From: Monosiga brevicollis MX1
Taxonomy: Eukaryota
DNA: 64,000 bases
NCBI RefSeq assembly: GCF_000002865.3
Contig: NW_001865087.1
Location: forward strand, 26,269-90,268
Direction: 5' to 3'
Part shown: positions 24,203-36,414 of the stretch, one piece after another
Layout of the letters: the number at the start of each line of letters is the position of its first letter
Position numbering within the stretch: position 1 is the first letter of the stretch
Position numbers and translations under genes: made by a program
The notes under the pieces: model-generated
Databases searched by the model: none
What the model was told of the DNA's origin: nothing
The model's input: only the letters and a program-made list of their open reading frames with translations

Positions 24203-24454
24203 TACCTGCGCAACAAGCAACAACCGCTAAAAATCTTTCTCTTTCTCTCTCTCTCTTCTTCTCTTGTTTCCCACACGTGGTAGTTGTGCTTTTCCTTTGT
24301 GTCTTTGCTCTTTATTTCTCTCTTTCTCAAACCGACCAAACCAATTCATTCTCTCTCTCTCTTCTCTCTCTTCTCTCAGCGCAAATTATCTGACAACAAA
24401 AATACAACTTTTAAAGGTTAAAGGGCGTATTTTCACTTTACACGCCCATCGATC

Positions 24455-25789
24455 ATGAACGGGATCAGGCGGGCCGGGCCGCTGCCGCTGCCACTGCCGC
24501 TGCTGCTGCTGCTGCTGCTGCTGTGGGTCGTGGGGCTTGGTTCGGCGTTGGATGCGGATGTGGAGGAGCCGTTTATTGACGTTGACGAGGATGGTACGCT
24601 GATCATCAATGGTAGCAACCATATTATTGTCAATGGGGTCGACGTGCTGGAGCGTATCACATCGCTGTCTTCCGCCATCGAGACCCTTCTCGAGTTGCAG
24701 ATTGAGCTTTATCCGCCGGGGTTTGAAAAGCATGTCATCACCGCGGCCATCGATGGTGCCATTTCCGTGTATGGGGCCGACTTGGATAACGATGGCTACA
24801 TTGATGTTCTCAGCGCGGGCTTTGGCGACGGCACAATTGCGTGGTATCACAACCACGGCAACGGCACCTTTTCGGCCCCGCTCATCGTGGCTGCCAACCT
24901 TACTACCGCACGCTCCGTGTACGCAGCAGACCTGGATCACGATAATTACATTGACATTCTCAGTGCCAGCGAAGGGGATGATACAGTGGCCTGGTACCGC
25001 AACTACGGCAATGGCACCTTCTCCAATCAGATTATTATCAACCAGACCTTGGATGGGCCCCGCTCAGTCTACGCAGCAGACCTGGACAACGACGGCAACA
25101 TGGATGTCCTAAGTGCCAGCGTCAACGACAACACGATTGCTTGGTATCAAAACAACGGCGCTGGCGTCTTTTCTGCCCCAAAACCCATTACCACCGCTGC
25201 CAATGGCTCCCTCGCAGTGTACGCGGCCGACCTGGACAACGACGGGCACCTTGATGTCCTCAGCGCCAGCTACTACGACAACAAGATTGCCTGGTATCAC
25301 AACAATGGCAACGGCACTTTTGCACCCCAAGATGTCATCACATCGGCCATTGACGGAGCGTGGACGGTGTACGCGGCCGACCTCGACAACGACGGCCACA
25401 CGGACGTCGTCAGCGCCAGCGAACTTGACCACATGATCGCGTGGTACCGCAACAGGGGCAATGGCACCTTCTCAGCCCCAATCACCATTACCACCGCTGC
25501 CGAGGGCGCGCAATCCGTGTATGCAGCGGACCTGGACGGTGACGGTGATCTCGACGTTTTAAGCGCCGCCTACACCAACGGCAAGATTACCTGGTATCGT
25601 AACAACGGGGATGGCACCTTTGCCGCTCCCAGCGACATTGACACGACTGCCAAATATGCACGGTGCGTCTATGCTGCAGACCTCGACGGCGATGGCGACC
25701 TCGACGTCCTCAGCGCCAGCGCCGACGACAACATGATTGCGTGGTACCGCAACGACAGCCCGTTTACCCCCATCCTCAATCAAACCTGA
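24455..25789 (+). CDS. Secreted FG-GAP/VCBS-repeat seven-bladed beta-propeller protein 1 (intronless)
   Basis: Leu-rich signal peptide and seven ~50-aa repeats of the form SVYAADLDNDGxxDVLSASxxDxxIAWYRNxGNGTF. Confidence 0.95.
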   Translation: MNGIRRAGPLPLPLPLLLLLLLLWVVGLGSALDADVEEPFIDVDEDGTLIINGSNHIIVNGVDVLERITSLSSAIETLLELQIELYPPGFEKHVITAAIDGAISVYGADLDNDGYIDVLSAGFGDGTIAWYHNHGNGTFSAPLIVAANLTTARSVYAADLDHDNYIDILSASEGDDTVAWYRNYGNGTFSNQIIINQTLDGPRSVYAADLDNDGNMDVLSASVNDNTIAWYQNNGAGVFSAPKPITTAANGSLAVYAADLDNDGHLDVLSASYYDNKIAWYHNNGNGTFAPQDVITSAIDGAWTVYAADLDNDGHTDVVSASELDHMIAWYRNRGNGTFSAPITITTAAEGAQSVYAADLDGDGDLDVLSAAYTNGKITWYRNNGDGTFAAPSDIDTTAKYARCVYAADLDGDGDLDVLSASADDNMIAWYRNDSPFTPILNQT

Positions 25790-26274
25790 GCCGTACAGCG
25801 CCTTGTCTTTGTTTGACATGTCATTCTTACATGTTAGTGGTGTTTTGAGTATCATGGTTATTATTCCCAAGCTTTAACCCCCTTTACATCCCGCGAGCAT
25901 GCTGTCCATGCCGTTCACCTGGATGCGAGGTGTGAGCGTGCCGTGTCGTCTTGTGTTTTTTGAAAATTTAATAATGAAACTTACCACATGTGTTTCTCTT
26001 CTTGCTCCCTCTCTCTCCCCCCTAACAGGGACATGTTGGTGCGCCACTTTGGGCAGGGGCTTTGGGTGTCGAGTCCTTTCAGCCAGTAAATTACCGTTAT
26101 TTATGAGATCCATGAGCCACCCTTAGGGGTGGACTTCCTTCTTGGTGCGCGTGGTGGGCATGGGTGTTCTGTTGGTTGTTGTTTTTCAGTGGTGTTTGAT
26201 CCTTTTGCTCCTTGTTATTACATGTGGTAGTTATGCGATTCGTCTTTGCTGTTTATACCTTTCTCTTTCTTAAA

Positions 26275-26321
26275 CCTCTGTCTCTCTTAGACTGTCTCTC
26301 TCTCTCTCTTAACATCCATGT

Positions 26322-26356
<35 letters not shown>

Positions 26357-26472
26357 CTCTCTCTCTCAAACTCTCTCTCTCTCTCTCTCAAACTCTCCCC
26401 TCTCTCTCTCTCTCTCAAACTCTCCCTCTCTCTCTCTCTCAAACTCTCTCTCTCTCTCTCTCTTCAATCTCT

Positions 26473-26510
<38 letters not shown>

Positions 26511-26514
26511 CTCT

Positions 26515-26558
<44 letters not shown>

Positions 26559-26700
26559 CTCTCTCTCTCTCTCTCAAACTCTCTCTCTCTCTCTCTCTCT
26601 CAAACTCTCTCTCAAACTCTCTCTCAAACTCTCTCTCAAACTCTCTCTCAAACTCTCTCTCAAACTCTCTCTCAAACTCTCTCTCAAACTCTCTCTTTCG
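26275..26700. repeat. (CT)n / (CTCTCTCAAA)n compound microsatellite
   Basis: Direct reading. Confidence 0.95.
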
Positions 26701-26777
26701 CGATCATCAACGGCAGCCTTGGCTGGTCTGATTCAACTGCCGTGTCCTTGCCGTTGCCTTGCTGCTAAACGTTGATC

Positions 26778-28091
26778 ATGGGGGGCGTGGGGGGTTTGAG
26801 GACTGGCGTTGTTGGGGTGCTGGCATGCTTGGCATGCTTGGCCGCCGGGGTGGCTGGTGAGGGAGACGAGTCTTCGCTCATTTCCGTGGATAACAATGGC
26901 ACGCTCTTCATCAATGGCACCAACCGCGTCGTCTTTAATGGCGTCGACGTTCTGGAGCGCTTGGAGTCCCTCACGACAACGCTTGAGGCGCTGGTCGGTT
27001 TGCAGCATGCGCTCAACCCGCCGCAGTTTGAGGAGCGTACCATTTCCATGGCCGCTCTTTCAGCAGAATCAGTGTACGCGGCAGATCTGGACAATGACGG
27101 CAACCTCGATGTCCTCAGCGCCAGCCAACAGCAGAAAAAGATTGCATGGTACCGCAACAACGGCAACGGCACCTTTTCAGACGAAAACATCATTTCCATG
27201 CAAGTGGCGGGCGCTCGCTTTGTGTATGCAGCGGACTTGGACAACGACAACTTTGTTGACGTCCTCTGCGCCGGCATATCACAAAACGAAATCTCATGGT
27301 ATCGCAACGACCACAATGGCACCTTTACCCCGGTACTCTTGACAACAGCGGTCAAGGGTCCAACCTCGGTCTATGTCGCAGATTTGGACAACGACGGCCA
27401 CGGGGACGTCCTCAGCTCTAGCGCAATGGACAACAAGATTGCATGGTACCGCAATAACGGCAATGGAACCTTTGCAGATCAAGCGGTCATCACCACTGCT
27501 TTTATGGCCCCATATTATGTGTTCGCGGCAGATCTGGACAACGACGGATACACTGACGTTCTCAGCTCCAGTGTGGAGGATAACAAAGTGTTATGGTATC
27601 GCAACCAGGGCAATGGTACCTTCTCAGACTTCAGGATCATCACCTCGAAGGTCGATTATGCGGTGGCCGTGTACGCCGCCGATCTGGACGAGGATGGCCT
27701 TCTTGATGTCATCAGCGCCAGTCGGGACGATGACAAAGTTGCTTGGTACCGCAACAATGGCAACGGCACCTTCTCGGACCAGATCATCATCTCCACAGAC
27801 ACCGACGGCGCGCACTCGGTATACGCGGCCGATCTGGATCAAGACGGGCATCTCGACATACTCAGCGCCAGCATCGAGGACAGCAAAATTGCTTGGTTTC
27901 GCAACCACGGCGATGGTATTTTTTCAGACCAGATCATCATCACCACATCGGCTGACTTTGCCTTGTCGGTGTATGCTGCAGACTTGAATAACGACGGCAG
28001 CATTGACGTCCTCAGCGCAAGCTTTGATGACCACAAGATCGCATGGTACCCCAACACCAATCCGCTAGCAGATTTCGCTCCTCGCGTTTGA
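26778..28091 (+). CDS. Secreted FG-GAP/VCBS-repeat seven-bladed beta-propeller protein 2 (tandem paralogue, intronless)
   Basis: ATG at 26778, signal peptide, the same N-terminal module (ISVDNNGTLFINGTNRVVFNGVDVLERLESL) and seven DLDNDG repeats. Confidence 0.95.
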   Translation: MGGVGGLRTGVVGVLACLACLAAGVAGEGDESSLISVDNNGTLFINGTNRVVFNGVDVLERLESLTTTLEALVGLQHALNPPQFEERTISMAALSAESVYAADLDNDGNLDVLSASQQQKKIAWYRNNGNGTFSDENIISMQVAGARFVYAADLDNDNFVDVLCAGISQNEISWYRNDHNGTFTPVLLTTAVKGPTSVYVADLDNDGHGDVLSSSAMDNKIAWYRNNGNGTFADQAVITTAFMAPYYVFAADLDNDGYTDVLSSSVEDNKVLWYRNQGNGTFSDFRIITSKVDYAVAVYAADLDEDGLLDVISASRDDDKVAWYRNNGNGTFSDQIIISTDTDGAHSVYAADLDQDGHLDILSASIEDSKIAWFRNHGDGIFSDQIIITTSADFALSVYAADLNNDGSIDVLSASFDDHKIAWYPNTNPLADFAPRV

Positions 28092-30090
28092 TGTCTTCCC
28101 CCGCACACTATTGACTCGAGTAGAGTCTGCCCCTGGACCTCTGACTGCAACCGGGCTGCGCTGCCTGTGCCTGAGCTTTCCGTGCCCGTGTCTGCGTCTT
28201 GAGCTTGTGGCTGTCCCTGTCTCTTTCCCCGTGCTCCTGCCCCTGGCCCTGCACTCGTCCTGTCCCTTTGTGTGTTGTGTACTTTGCGTCTGGTGCTTTC
28301 AACCCGCTCAAATAGTTTTGGTACGTGACTCGATTTTTCCAAACAAGTTGGCCGTTGTCCAGCATGGGGGTCATTGCTTTGCTGTCTTCCACGATGCGTG
28401 CACGCGCGCTCATGTCTTTATATGTTGTAACTATGAGCTCTGCCATCTGGCGTGTAAATGTGAATTGACATCACTTGGCAAGGCAGAAATGTTAGCGTCA
28501 AAGCCGCTGCGTCGTGGAGCCTGACAAGCGGTTTCCAATTTTTGGCGAGTTTTCCAGTTTTTTTTTTTGCTTTTTTTCTCTTCTTGGCAACTGTTTGATA
28601 TTTCCTCTCTCTCCTGTAAGCTTGTTCCTGTGGTGTGTCATTGGGACTGCTGGCAGCTCCGCGGGTTACACGAGAGCCATGGAGGTAGTGCCGTCGTCGA
28701 GATTGAAGCAGTGCCATCGCGAAAACTACATGGCCAGATGCTCAAAATCTCCCCTATGTGCCGATGAATGATTACACAGCTACCTTCATCTTCTTGAGAG
28801 TCGTGGGTTGTCTGTCGTGAGGAGCCTGGGGCAGGTACCCCCGGGGGGGGAAAAAAAAAGCTTTTTTTTTGGGGCGGCGAGAGCCGCTCCAAAAAGAAGC
28901 TTAAATCAATGAAAATCAGGAGAAAATCAGGATAAAACAAACAAAAGAATCATAGTTCGTGCAGATTTCTGCCTCGATCGTTACAAATTGGAATTGCTTT
29001 GATGAAGTTGAGAAATGGCGGCAGATGCGGCAGAGGCAACAGAGGCAGCAGAGGCAGCAGAGGCAGCAGAGGCAGCAGAGAGGTGTCGAGCCAGGGATTT
29101 GAAACCAATGAGACAGGTTCAGACGCGCGAGTCACGGAAGGTTGTGCTCGGCTCGAAGGAGGGGACAATGTTCCTCTGTTCCAGTGTTGAATCGAATGGG
29201 CGGCCAAGCTACGCTACTCTAAGATCTACGCTTCCAAGCACATCATCCCGCATCCTGCGAGCTTGTCATAAAGTCAATCCATTTCCCCCCACTCTGCACC
29301 TCGTTCAGCTCATCCCTCAGCGGCGAGATACCCCGCAACAGCAGCATTCATGCTGTCCATCTCGGCAACCATGGCAGAGATGCTGGCATCCGCCCTCGCC
29401 CGCCCGTCTCTCTCAAATCCCTAAGCAGCCATTTGCACAGTGTTTCAAACAGCAGTTTTCTCCAACGTAAGAAGATTGTAAGAGAAAACGTTGAAGAACG
29501 GTTACCAACGGTGTCACCGTTTCAAAAGGGCGTCACACACGTCAAGGAATAAATCCTATACTTGTCTGTTACATTGACCACACTTGCAGTACCTGTGTTA
29601 ATACAAAATACCGCTAAAATACTATACACATGCAGTAGTATCGTCACACGTATAGTGCACTTGAACTATACTCATACACACTACAACGTTACTACATGTA
29701 TCTCTGTCCCTGTCTGACTAAATCGACGTCTAGTTCTCTCTCTCACTTTCTGACGTTATCCAGCTCTCTCTCTATTTTGGCTTGCTGTTTATTTGTGCAC
29801 GTCTCTCTGCCTGACCTCTCTCTCTGACTGTTTCTCTGAATCTCTCTCTCTCTCTCTCTCTGACTGTTTCTCTCTCGCTCTGTCTCTCTCTCTGTCATTT
29901 GGCAGCGCCACTGGATAGCGGTGCCGTTGTTACTACTGTTATTCCCCGCGCTCGCCGTGGCTTTGACAACTGCGTCAACGAGCGGCGGACGGGGGAAGGG
30001 GGAGGGGGTTTGTGGCTTGCACTTTGTGTCTTGGTGCTGCTGCTGAGAGTGGCCAACAATCAAAGAGTTGCAAGTGGCAACGCCGCCAAC

Positions 30091-31927
30091 ATGGCTGCTG
30101 GTGCAGGCGTTTCCGGCCGTGAGGGGAGCGTGCCTTTGGGTAATGCTACCAACGTCAACTGGGACTCGACGCCGCGCAAGTTGATGCAGAGCAAGTTCGA
30201 GGAGGAAGTGGCCTCGGAAGTCACCTCCCCGCAGACGCCCGTCGGGTTGACGACACCGACGACGACTACTCCCATCGTGCGGCGCACGCCCGGTACCACT
30301 CCCAGTTCGAGTAGCCGAAAACGGCGTGCCAACTCCGCGGTCAAGAAAGAGCGGCTGCGCGCCATCTGCCCAGAGTGTAAATCCAGTCTCGTGGACGCTC
30401 GCGCGCTGCGACGCCATCAACGCAAGCAGCACGGTGCGCCAAAGGTACGTCACGCGCAATGGGAGGGTTGGACGTTCAGATCGGCAAGCGTGACAAGCCC
30501 CCCCCCCCCCCCTCTCTCTCCAGGCCTCGCCGTGGCTTTTCGTTTTTTGTGCTTCCACATCAAACATCGCTTCGAGCGCTGACCTTTGCATCAAACTTGT
30601 TTTGCATGATTCTTCCATTTTTTTTTTTTTTTTGTTTTTTTCCTGTTCAACCTTGTAGGGCAAGACGAGTTTTGTGCGGTGCCAAAAGCTGAGCAACGGT
30701 GTCGAGTCACAGTTTGATCCTGGCGCCTGCGACTGTACCTTTCGCTCTCGTGAGCAGTGGGCCGAGCATGCTCGAGAGGTGCATGGGTTTCATGTCAAGC
30801 TTCAAAAGCTTCATTTCAAAACGCGGCCCGAGTTTGAGCATTGGCGTGAGCAGCTCCGGCTCCATGAACACTATGCCTTTTTTCGCCGCCCCAACGACCG
30901 TTTTGTCTGCAGCCTGCACGGCAATCGCCGGCGCCCCATTCTGAAGAATCCCGATGGCACCGATGCCAAAATTACCTGCTACGCCTTTATCAACCTTGAC
31001 CAGTTGCCTGACGGGACTTTTGAGGTAGGATGATGCCACAGTCGTTCACCCATGCCCCAAGCGCACGCGGTGGCCGCTTATTTTTTTTCTGCTCTTGCTT
31101 TTGGCAGGCTACGTTCTGGAACCAGCATTCCCACACCCCCATGAAAAAGTATGAACCGTTGTCGCGATGGGCGCGCCGCGAGATCTTTCGATTGGCCGCC
31201 CTGCGTTGGGCTCCACAGTCGATTCAGTGCGTGATTCAGGCCATGTCCGAGCCAAACACACGCAACTACGCCGTTTCTTTCCGAGACATCAAAGCCCACG
31301 GGTTTAACAAGCTGCAGAAAAACTGGACCATGGAAGACCTGGCATCAGATCCTGAACACCCCGAAGAGTGCGAAGAAGATCCCGTCGAGGTGGACGAGCC
31401 AACTCCCCAAAATCGTGGCGCAGCGTCTGCTCCGGACCAGGAAGCTTCGGCTTCCCTCGACAGCACGGACGAGGAGCTGACGCCGCTCAAGCTACACGAG
31501 TCGGTGACCCAAACGACACAATTCTATCCCGGCCCTACCGCGGGCATCGACTTGGTGCGTGCATGCTTGCTTCCTGGCAGGCGACTCAAAACGAGCGGCC
31601 GCCGTCCCTTGATGCACCTTCTTCAATTCACATGCTTGCCTGCTTGCGATGCGCGTGCCCGAACAACCCTCCATGTAGCCCATGGCCCAGCCATCGCCCG
31701 CCATGCTGTTCACACTGCCCATGAGGCAAATGTGGGCCTCACACAACATGCTGCCCATCCCGCACTTGCATCGTCTGCCCCTGCCCTTTGTGCACCCCGG
31801 CCAACAGATGGCAATGCCGGGAGCGATGCAGCCGGTCAAGGCTGGTCCTGATCCTCTGCCCAAACGGGCCAAGCGAGCGTTGATGGATTCTACCCAATAT
31901 CAAGTTTCCTCGACCGAGACTCCATAG
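30091..31927 (+). CDS. C2H2 zinc-finger plus MULE-type WRKY/GCM1-like DNA-binding protein; no transposase catalytic domain seen
   Basis: Exons 30091-30444, 30659-31024, 31108-31554 and 31679-31927 splice in frame. Motifs: CPECKSSLVDARALRRHQRKQH; C..CTFRSREQWAEHAREVH; F.TRPEFEHWREQ...FVCSLHG...KITCYAFI...GTFEATFWNQHSH...LSRWARREI...VSFRDI. Confidence 0.75.
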
Positions 31928-33128
31928 TTGCACCGCGCCACGTGTGTCGTGGCCCGCAACTACTACCTTCTGCCTGTTCCGTGTTGTCCGAGGGGCTGTT
32001 CACTCCTTTGTATCATCGAGTTACGTCCTTATCCTTGTGAATGCGCCTGCATTTTGCACCTCGAGTTGCTTGTCAAGAGCCCACCCCGCTCTTCATCGTC
32101 GGTCCTCTGGCCACCTCAATGTGTTAGTCCTTACCAGTGTGTCTTCTCCCTCCTGCCTTTGAGGCCCTTTCGAATTGATCAGTTCTCTGTTCCGTGACAG
32201 CAAAACTTCAAAGTGCACAACAGCAACAATTCATGTCGCATGCCGCAGCAAATCAGCAGCCGCCTTCCCGGCGCAGACGACTATTGCTGCCCCCTGCACT
32301 TGACCAGACGGTACTATGGGACAAAGAGAAACTTCATGAACGGCATCAAAACATGTGTCACGGGTTTTGATATCCAGTCTCTGGTTGTGGGCTTGAGTAT
32401 GACTTCACCTCTTAGAGTTGACATTGGCTGCAATCCTATCTCTGACTCATCATGTATTTTCACGTGGATCGCAAGAACCAAACGGAGCATCCCTCTAAAA
32501 TCAAATCATCGGGACGCAACATCTCTGGTGTTGTGGGTGCTTTAGAACGTTTCTCTCAATGATCTTGCAGCGCCATTTTTTTTTTTTTTTTTTTTTTGGT
32601 GTGTTGGGTCGCTTCCGTCGGTCGGTCGGTCGTGAGCGGTGGCGGCGTCGTTGGCTCCTTGACTGCGATACCTGGCATCCAGAGGCGAGGTCCTTGCTTG
32701 AATTTGGCAGTCTCGGTTCTGGCTCTTGCCCCAGTGTGGAGGTGGCGCCGGTGCATTTACTACACAGCCACGGTCACGTGGTGTCAAAGCCAGCCGGCCC
32801 GGGATGGGCCGCATGTCAGCTGGCACTACCACGAATGATCGAGAGGCCCTCCTCCGCCTCCCGTCACCCCGCCTCTACGTGTCTACGTGTCTCCGTCTCT
32901 CCGTGTTTGGGACGGGTTGCGCACACGCATTAGCTTCCTGGTCCCCTTGATGACACCGATATCTGTGACGGCGACCCTACCTGCTCGAAACCCGAATATT
33001 GCAACGAAAAAGGAGAACAGCCCCCGCTCATTCGTAGCTCTTTGTCGGTGGTCCCGCCTCCTTCTCCTCCTGCTCATTTTCACAAGCGGCCCGGCATTTG
33101 TTCTCCTCGTGCCTGGCCACTCAGCACG

Positions 33129-36066
33129 ATGAGCAGTGGCGGCGGCGGCGGCGGTGGCTCACCACCCAGCAAGCGGTGTGCCCTCAAACCGGTCGCGCAA
33201 CTCATTGGCACCAGCTCCTCCGCGACCGACGAGTCCTCCGCCAGCGTTCCTATGGCTAGCACGAACCCCGCGCCGTCTGCAGACACGCCGCGCGACTGTC
33301 ATCCAGGATTGGCCACTCACGAGCTAGCCTCGTCCCAGGAAGCTGCTCGTGTCACCTCCCCTCCCCAGCTACCCAAGCCCGTACCCAAGCCGGGGCCCAA
33401 ACCGATGCCCAAGACCGTTGCAGCAACGACTGCCAACAGCTCGGCGTCCCGCTCCCAAAGTCTGCTGCGCGCTCACATTCCTCCCCCACTACAGACACAA
33501 CTCGGTCAGCGTCCTCCGACCCCTGTGGACCGCTCCTCCAATACCAGCAGCTCAGCCAGCAGCTCGGCCCAATCACCCACCCTCAACGGTGACGTACGCG
33601 GTGATATTGCCGCCCTCGCCGCCTCCTCGGCCGCCACCACCGCTGCCAACCTGACCACTTCCATCATTAACAACTTTCGGCAAGAGATGCAACAGCTGCT
33701 CTTCCGCATGCAGCACCAGCAACAACACCCTCTGCCGCCGCAACAACAGGCCCAGCAGACGTCGCAGCCACAGCAGCAATCACACTCGCAACAACAGCCC
33801 CAGCAGCAGCAGCCCCAGCAGCAGCAACAACAGCAACAACAACAACCATCACAACAGCAGTCGCAGCAGCAGCAATCGCAATCGCAGTTGCAGCCACAGC
33901 CACAGCCACATTCACAGCCACAGCAGCAGCAACAGCAACAGCTCCCACTCCTGCATTTGCCTCCGCATGCCCAACCTTTTGTGTCCGGCGCTCCCTCTGT
34001 CTCACTCGGGCCTACTGCTTCAAGCATCGGGCCCAGTTCATGTGCGCCCACAAACAACATACTTGGCAATCCTTTTATGCCGCACCACAATCACTTTCCC
34101 ACTGCCAATGCGCAGTCTGACATTGCCGCTCTTTCCCGGCGACACACACTGGCCGGCCAGCCTCAACTCGTGCATCCCGCATTCAACGCCATCGAGGTGG
34201 GTTTTTTCTACGCATCATATCGATACAGCGCACTTCGCCTGCCTGCCCTCACGGATGCTCATCTGTCACTCAGGTGAATGTTGGCGGTGAAATCTTTACC
34301 ACCTCACGAAACACGCTCTGCCGTGTTCCTGGAAGCTTCCTCGCCAAGCTCTTTTCTGGACGTTCCCAGGTCAGTGCGCACACCACCCCCTTGCCCGACT
34401 TATGCCGCCGTTCTTGCCTATTTTTATTTATATATTAATGATTATTGTTTTTCTATGTTTTTTTTTTTTTTTCCTTTTAATTTGGCCTCGATTCACGCAC
34501 ACACACACACACGGGGTTGCCGTCTCCTTCACATGGCAGGCAACGCTCGATCATGAAGGTCGCATCTTCATCGATAGATCGCCGACGCAGTTTCGGGCCA
34601 TTCTTGAGGCCCTCCGTGAACCTGCCGCTATTAGCCTGCTCGACCTCACTTGCCCCGTTACCTGTCGTGAACTTGAATTTTACGGGCTGCTTCAAACCTT
34701 TGCGACCCCTCAACTTGGCGGGCCACCGGCCTTGATGGCTTCCCCCCACGCCTCGGCCTCACGCTCCAGCACACCGCTGGCCGCGCCTCCCAGCGCCAGC
34801 GTTAGTAAGGCGCTGGGCGATCCCGCCCAGCTGGACTCGACTCACCCGCGGCATACCACCGAGTCAACTTCCGCGGCTGCTGAACCGGGCAGCCCGACCC
34901 TGTCGCGACCGCTTGCCCTCGAACAGCAACCGGCTCTCGCAGCCCCACCAGCCAAAACCATCTCCCCCCTGGCCATGGGCGAGGACGAGCCACCGGGCAC
35001 CCCCAGCCTTCTGGCCGTGGGTGGCTTAAACGAAGGCGTACCGTACAAATATTTGCGTGTGGCTGAACGCTACGACGCGGCCACGGATACGTGGCATCGC
35101 ATTTCCGACATGTTCTGGGACCGTGCCCTCAGCGGCGTGGCCAGCACTGGCAGCAACCTCTACGTTTTGGGCGGGCGCAACGACAATTTGGACGGCATTG
35201 TTGGCAACTTTAACGCACCCTCTGGCCAATGGCAGGAAGCGCGTGACATGACCTTGCCCGATGCTTTGTACGGTGCAGGCTACGCCATTCTATTTCAACA
35301 ACTGGTCGTTGCCGGGGGTTGTCGCCAGCGCCCGCGGGCCGGTCGGCCCGAGGTGGTGACTGCGACAGTCATGAGCTACCCTCTCGAGGCTGATGGTCGC
35401 CTGGGCGCCACTGACACGCCTCAACGCCGACAATGGCTGGCATTGCCCTCCCTGGGCACCCCGCGGGGTCGCCACGGATGTGTGGCTGATCAAGGCCATA
35501 TTTTCGTCCTGGGCGGCGTCGACGTGCAGGGACATCCCATTGCGTCTGTAGAGCGGTTTTCACCCACACGCAACCAGTGGGAGGTGGCTGCCCCGATGCC
35601 GGCGCCTCGAAGAGATTTTGGCTGCGTTGCGTTGGAAGGCTACATCTACGTGGTTGGTGGAGCAGATGGGCCGGTAGGCACGAGTCGCAAACTGACGTCC
35701 TGTGTTGCTTCTGTATTTGTGTACGACATGCGTGCCAACACGTGGAGTACGGGGCCTTCCTTGCCCGAGCCTCGACAAGGCTTGGCCTGCGCCGTACTTG
35801 AGAACCACCTCTATGCCGTGGGTGGCAGCCGCGACGACGACGTTTTCAGTAGCAAACCCGCCAAGCGCATGCGCCGCGTGGACAAGCTTCGGCTGGGCGC
35901 CGACCGCTGGACCTCGGCCGCGCCACTCACTTTTGCCCGCAGCCACTTGGGCATGGGCATGGTCTCTGCCGTCTGGAACCGCGACGCCACCACCCTAACC
36001 AAAACCCCTACTCGCGTCAAAAAGCCCAGTCGGCCGCGCCGAACCTCGGCTTTGGCCTCGCACTGA
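33129..36066 (+). CDS. Poly-Q / KCTD-type BTB / Kelch-repeat protein
   Basis: Exons 33129-34196, 34274-34369 and 34540-36066. IEVNVGGEIFTTSRNTL...SFLAKLFSG...GRIFIDRSPTQFRAILEALR is a T1-type BTB. About six Kelch repeats follow (YVxGG...ERY/F...W...PR). Confidence 0.92.
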
Positions 36067-36414
36067 TTCCACCGCTTTCTCCCGTCCCGCTCCCTCTCGC
36101 CCCCGCTGCATACTGCGTATGTGTATGTGGGTGTCTCTCTGTGTATCCCAGTGCATGGCAATGCAGGTCATGCCCCCAAGAGCGTTTCAAAATCGAATCC
36201 AAATCCAAGTGCCCCTCCTTCCACGCAGCGTCCCTAAGAGTAGTCTTGTCGTTACACACACACACTCCCTCTCTCTCCTCTCACTCTCTCACTCACACTC
36301 TCACAGTGAAAATCTGACATTCTGACATCACCCCCATTTCTTTGTCAGACGACATTGACCAAATGTCATTCACGTGAGCTGAGGTTTGAACCCTGCGCAA
36401 GGTTTTTTCAAGCG

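Noticed and set aside
24455..28091. True integrin alpha subunits
   Set aside because: No thigh/calf domains, TM helix or GFFKR motif; these are propeller-only secreted proteins.
28108..29470. Possible small gene or transposon remnant, with a 9-bp agaggcagc repeat
   Set aside because: Only short unconnected ORFs with no recognisable domain or termini; cannot be supported.
33506..34090. Metallothionein-like poly-Cys ORF
   Set aside because: Antisense of the poly-Gln tract of the BTB-Kelch gene.
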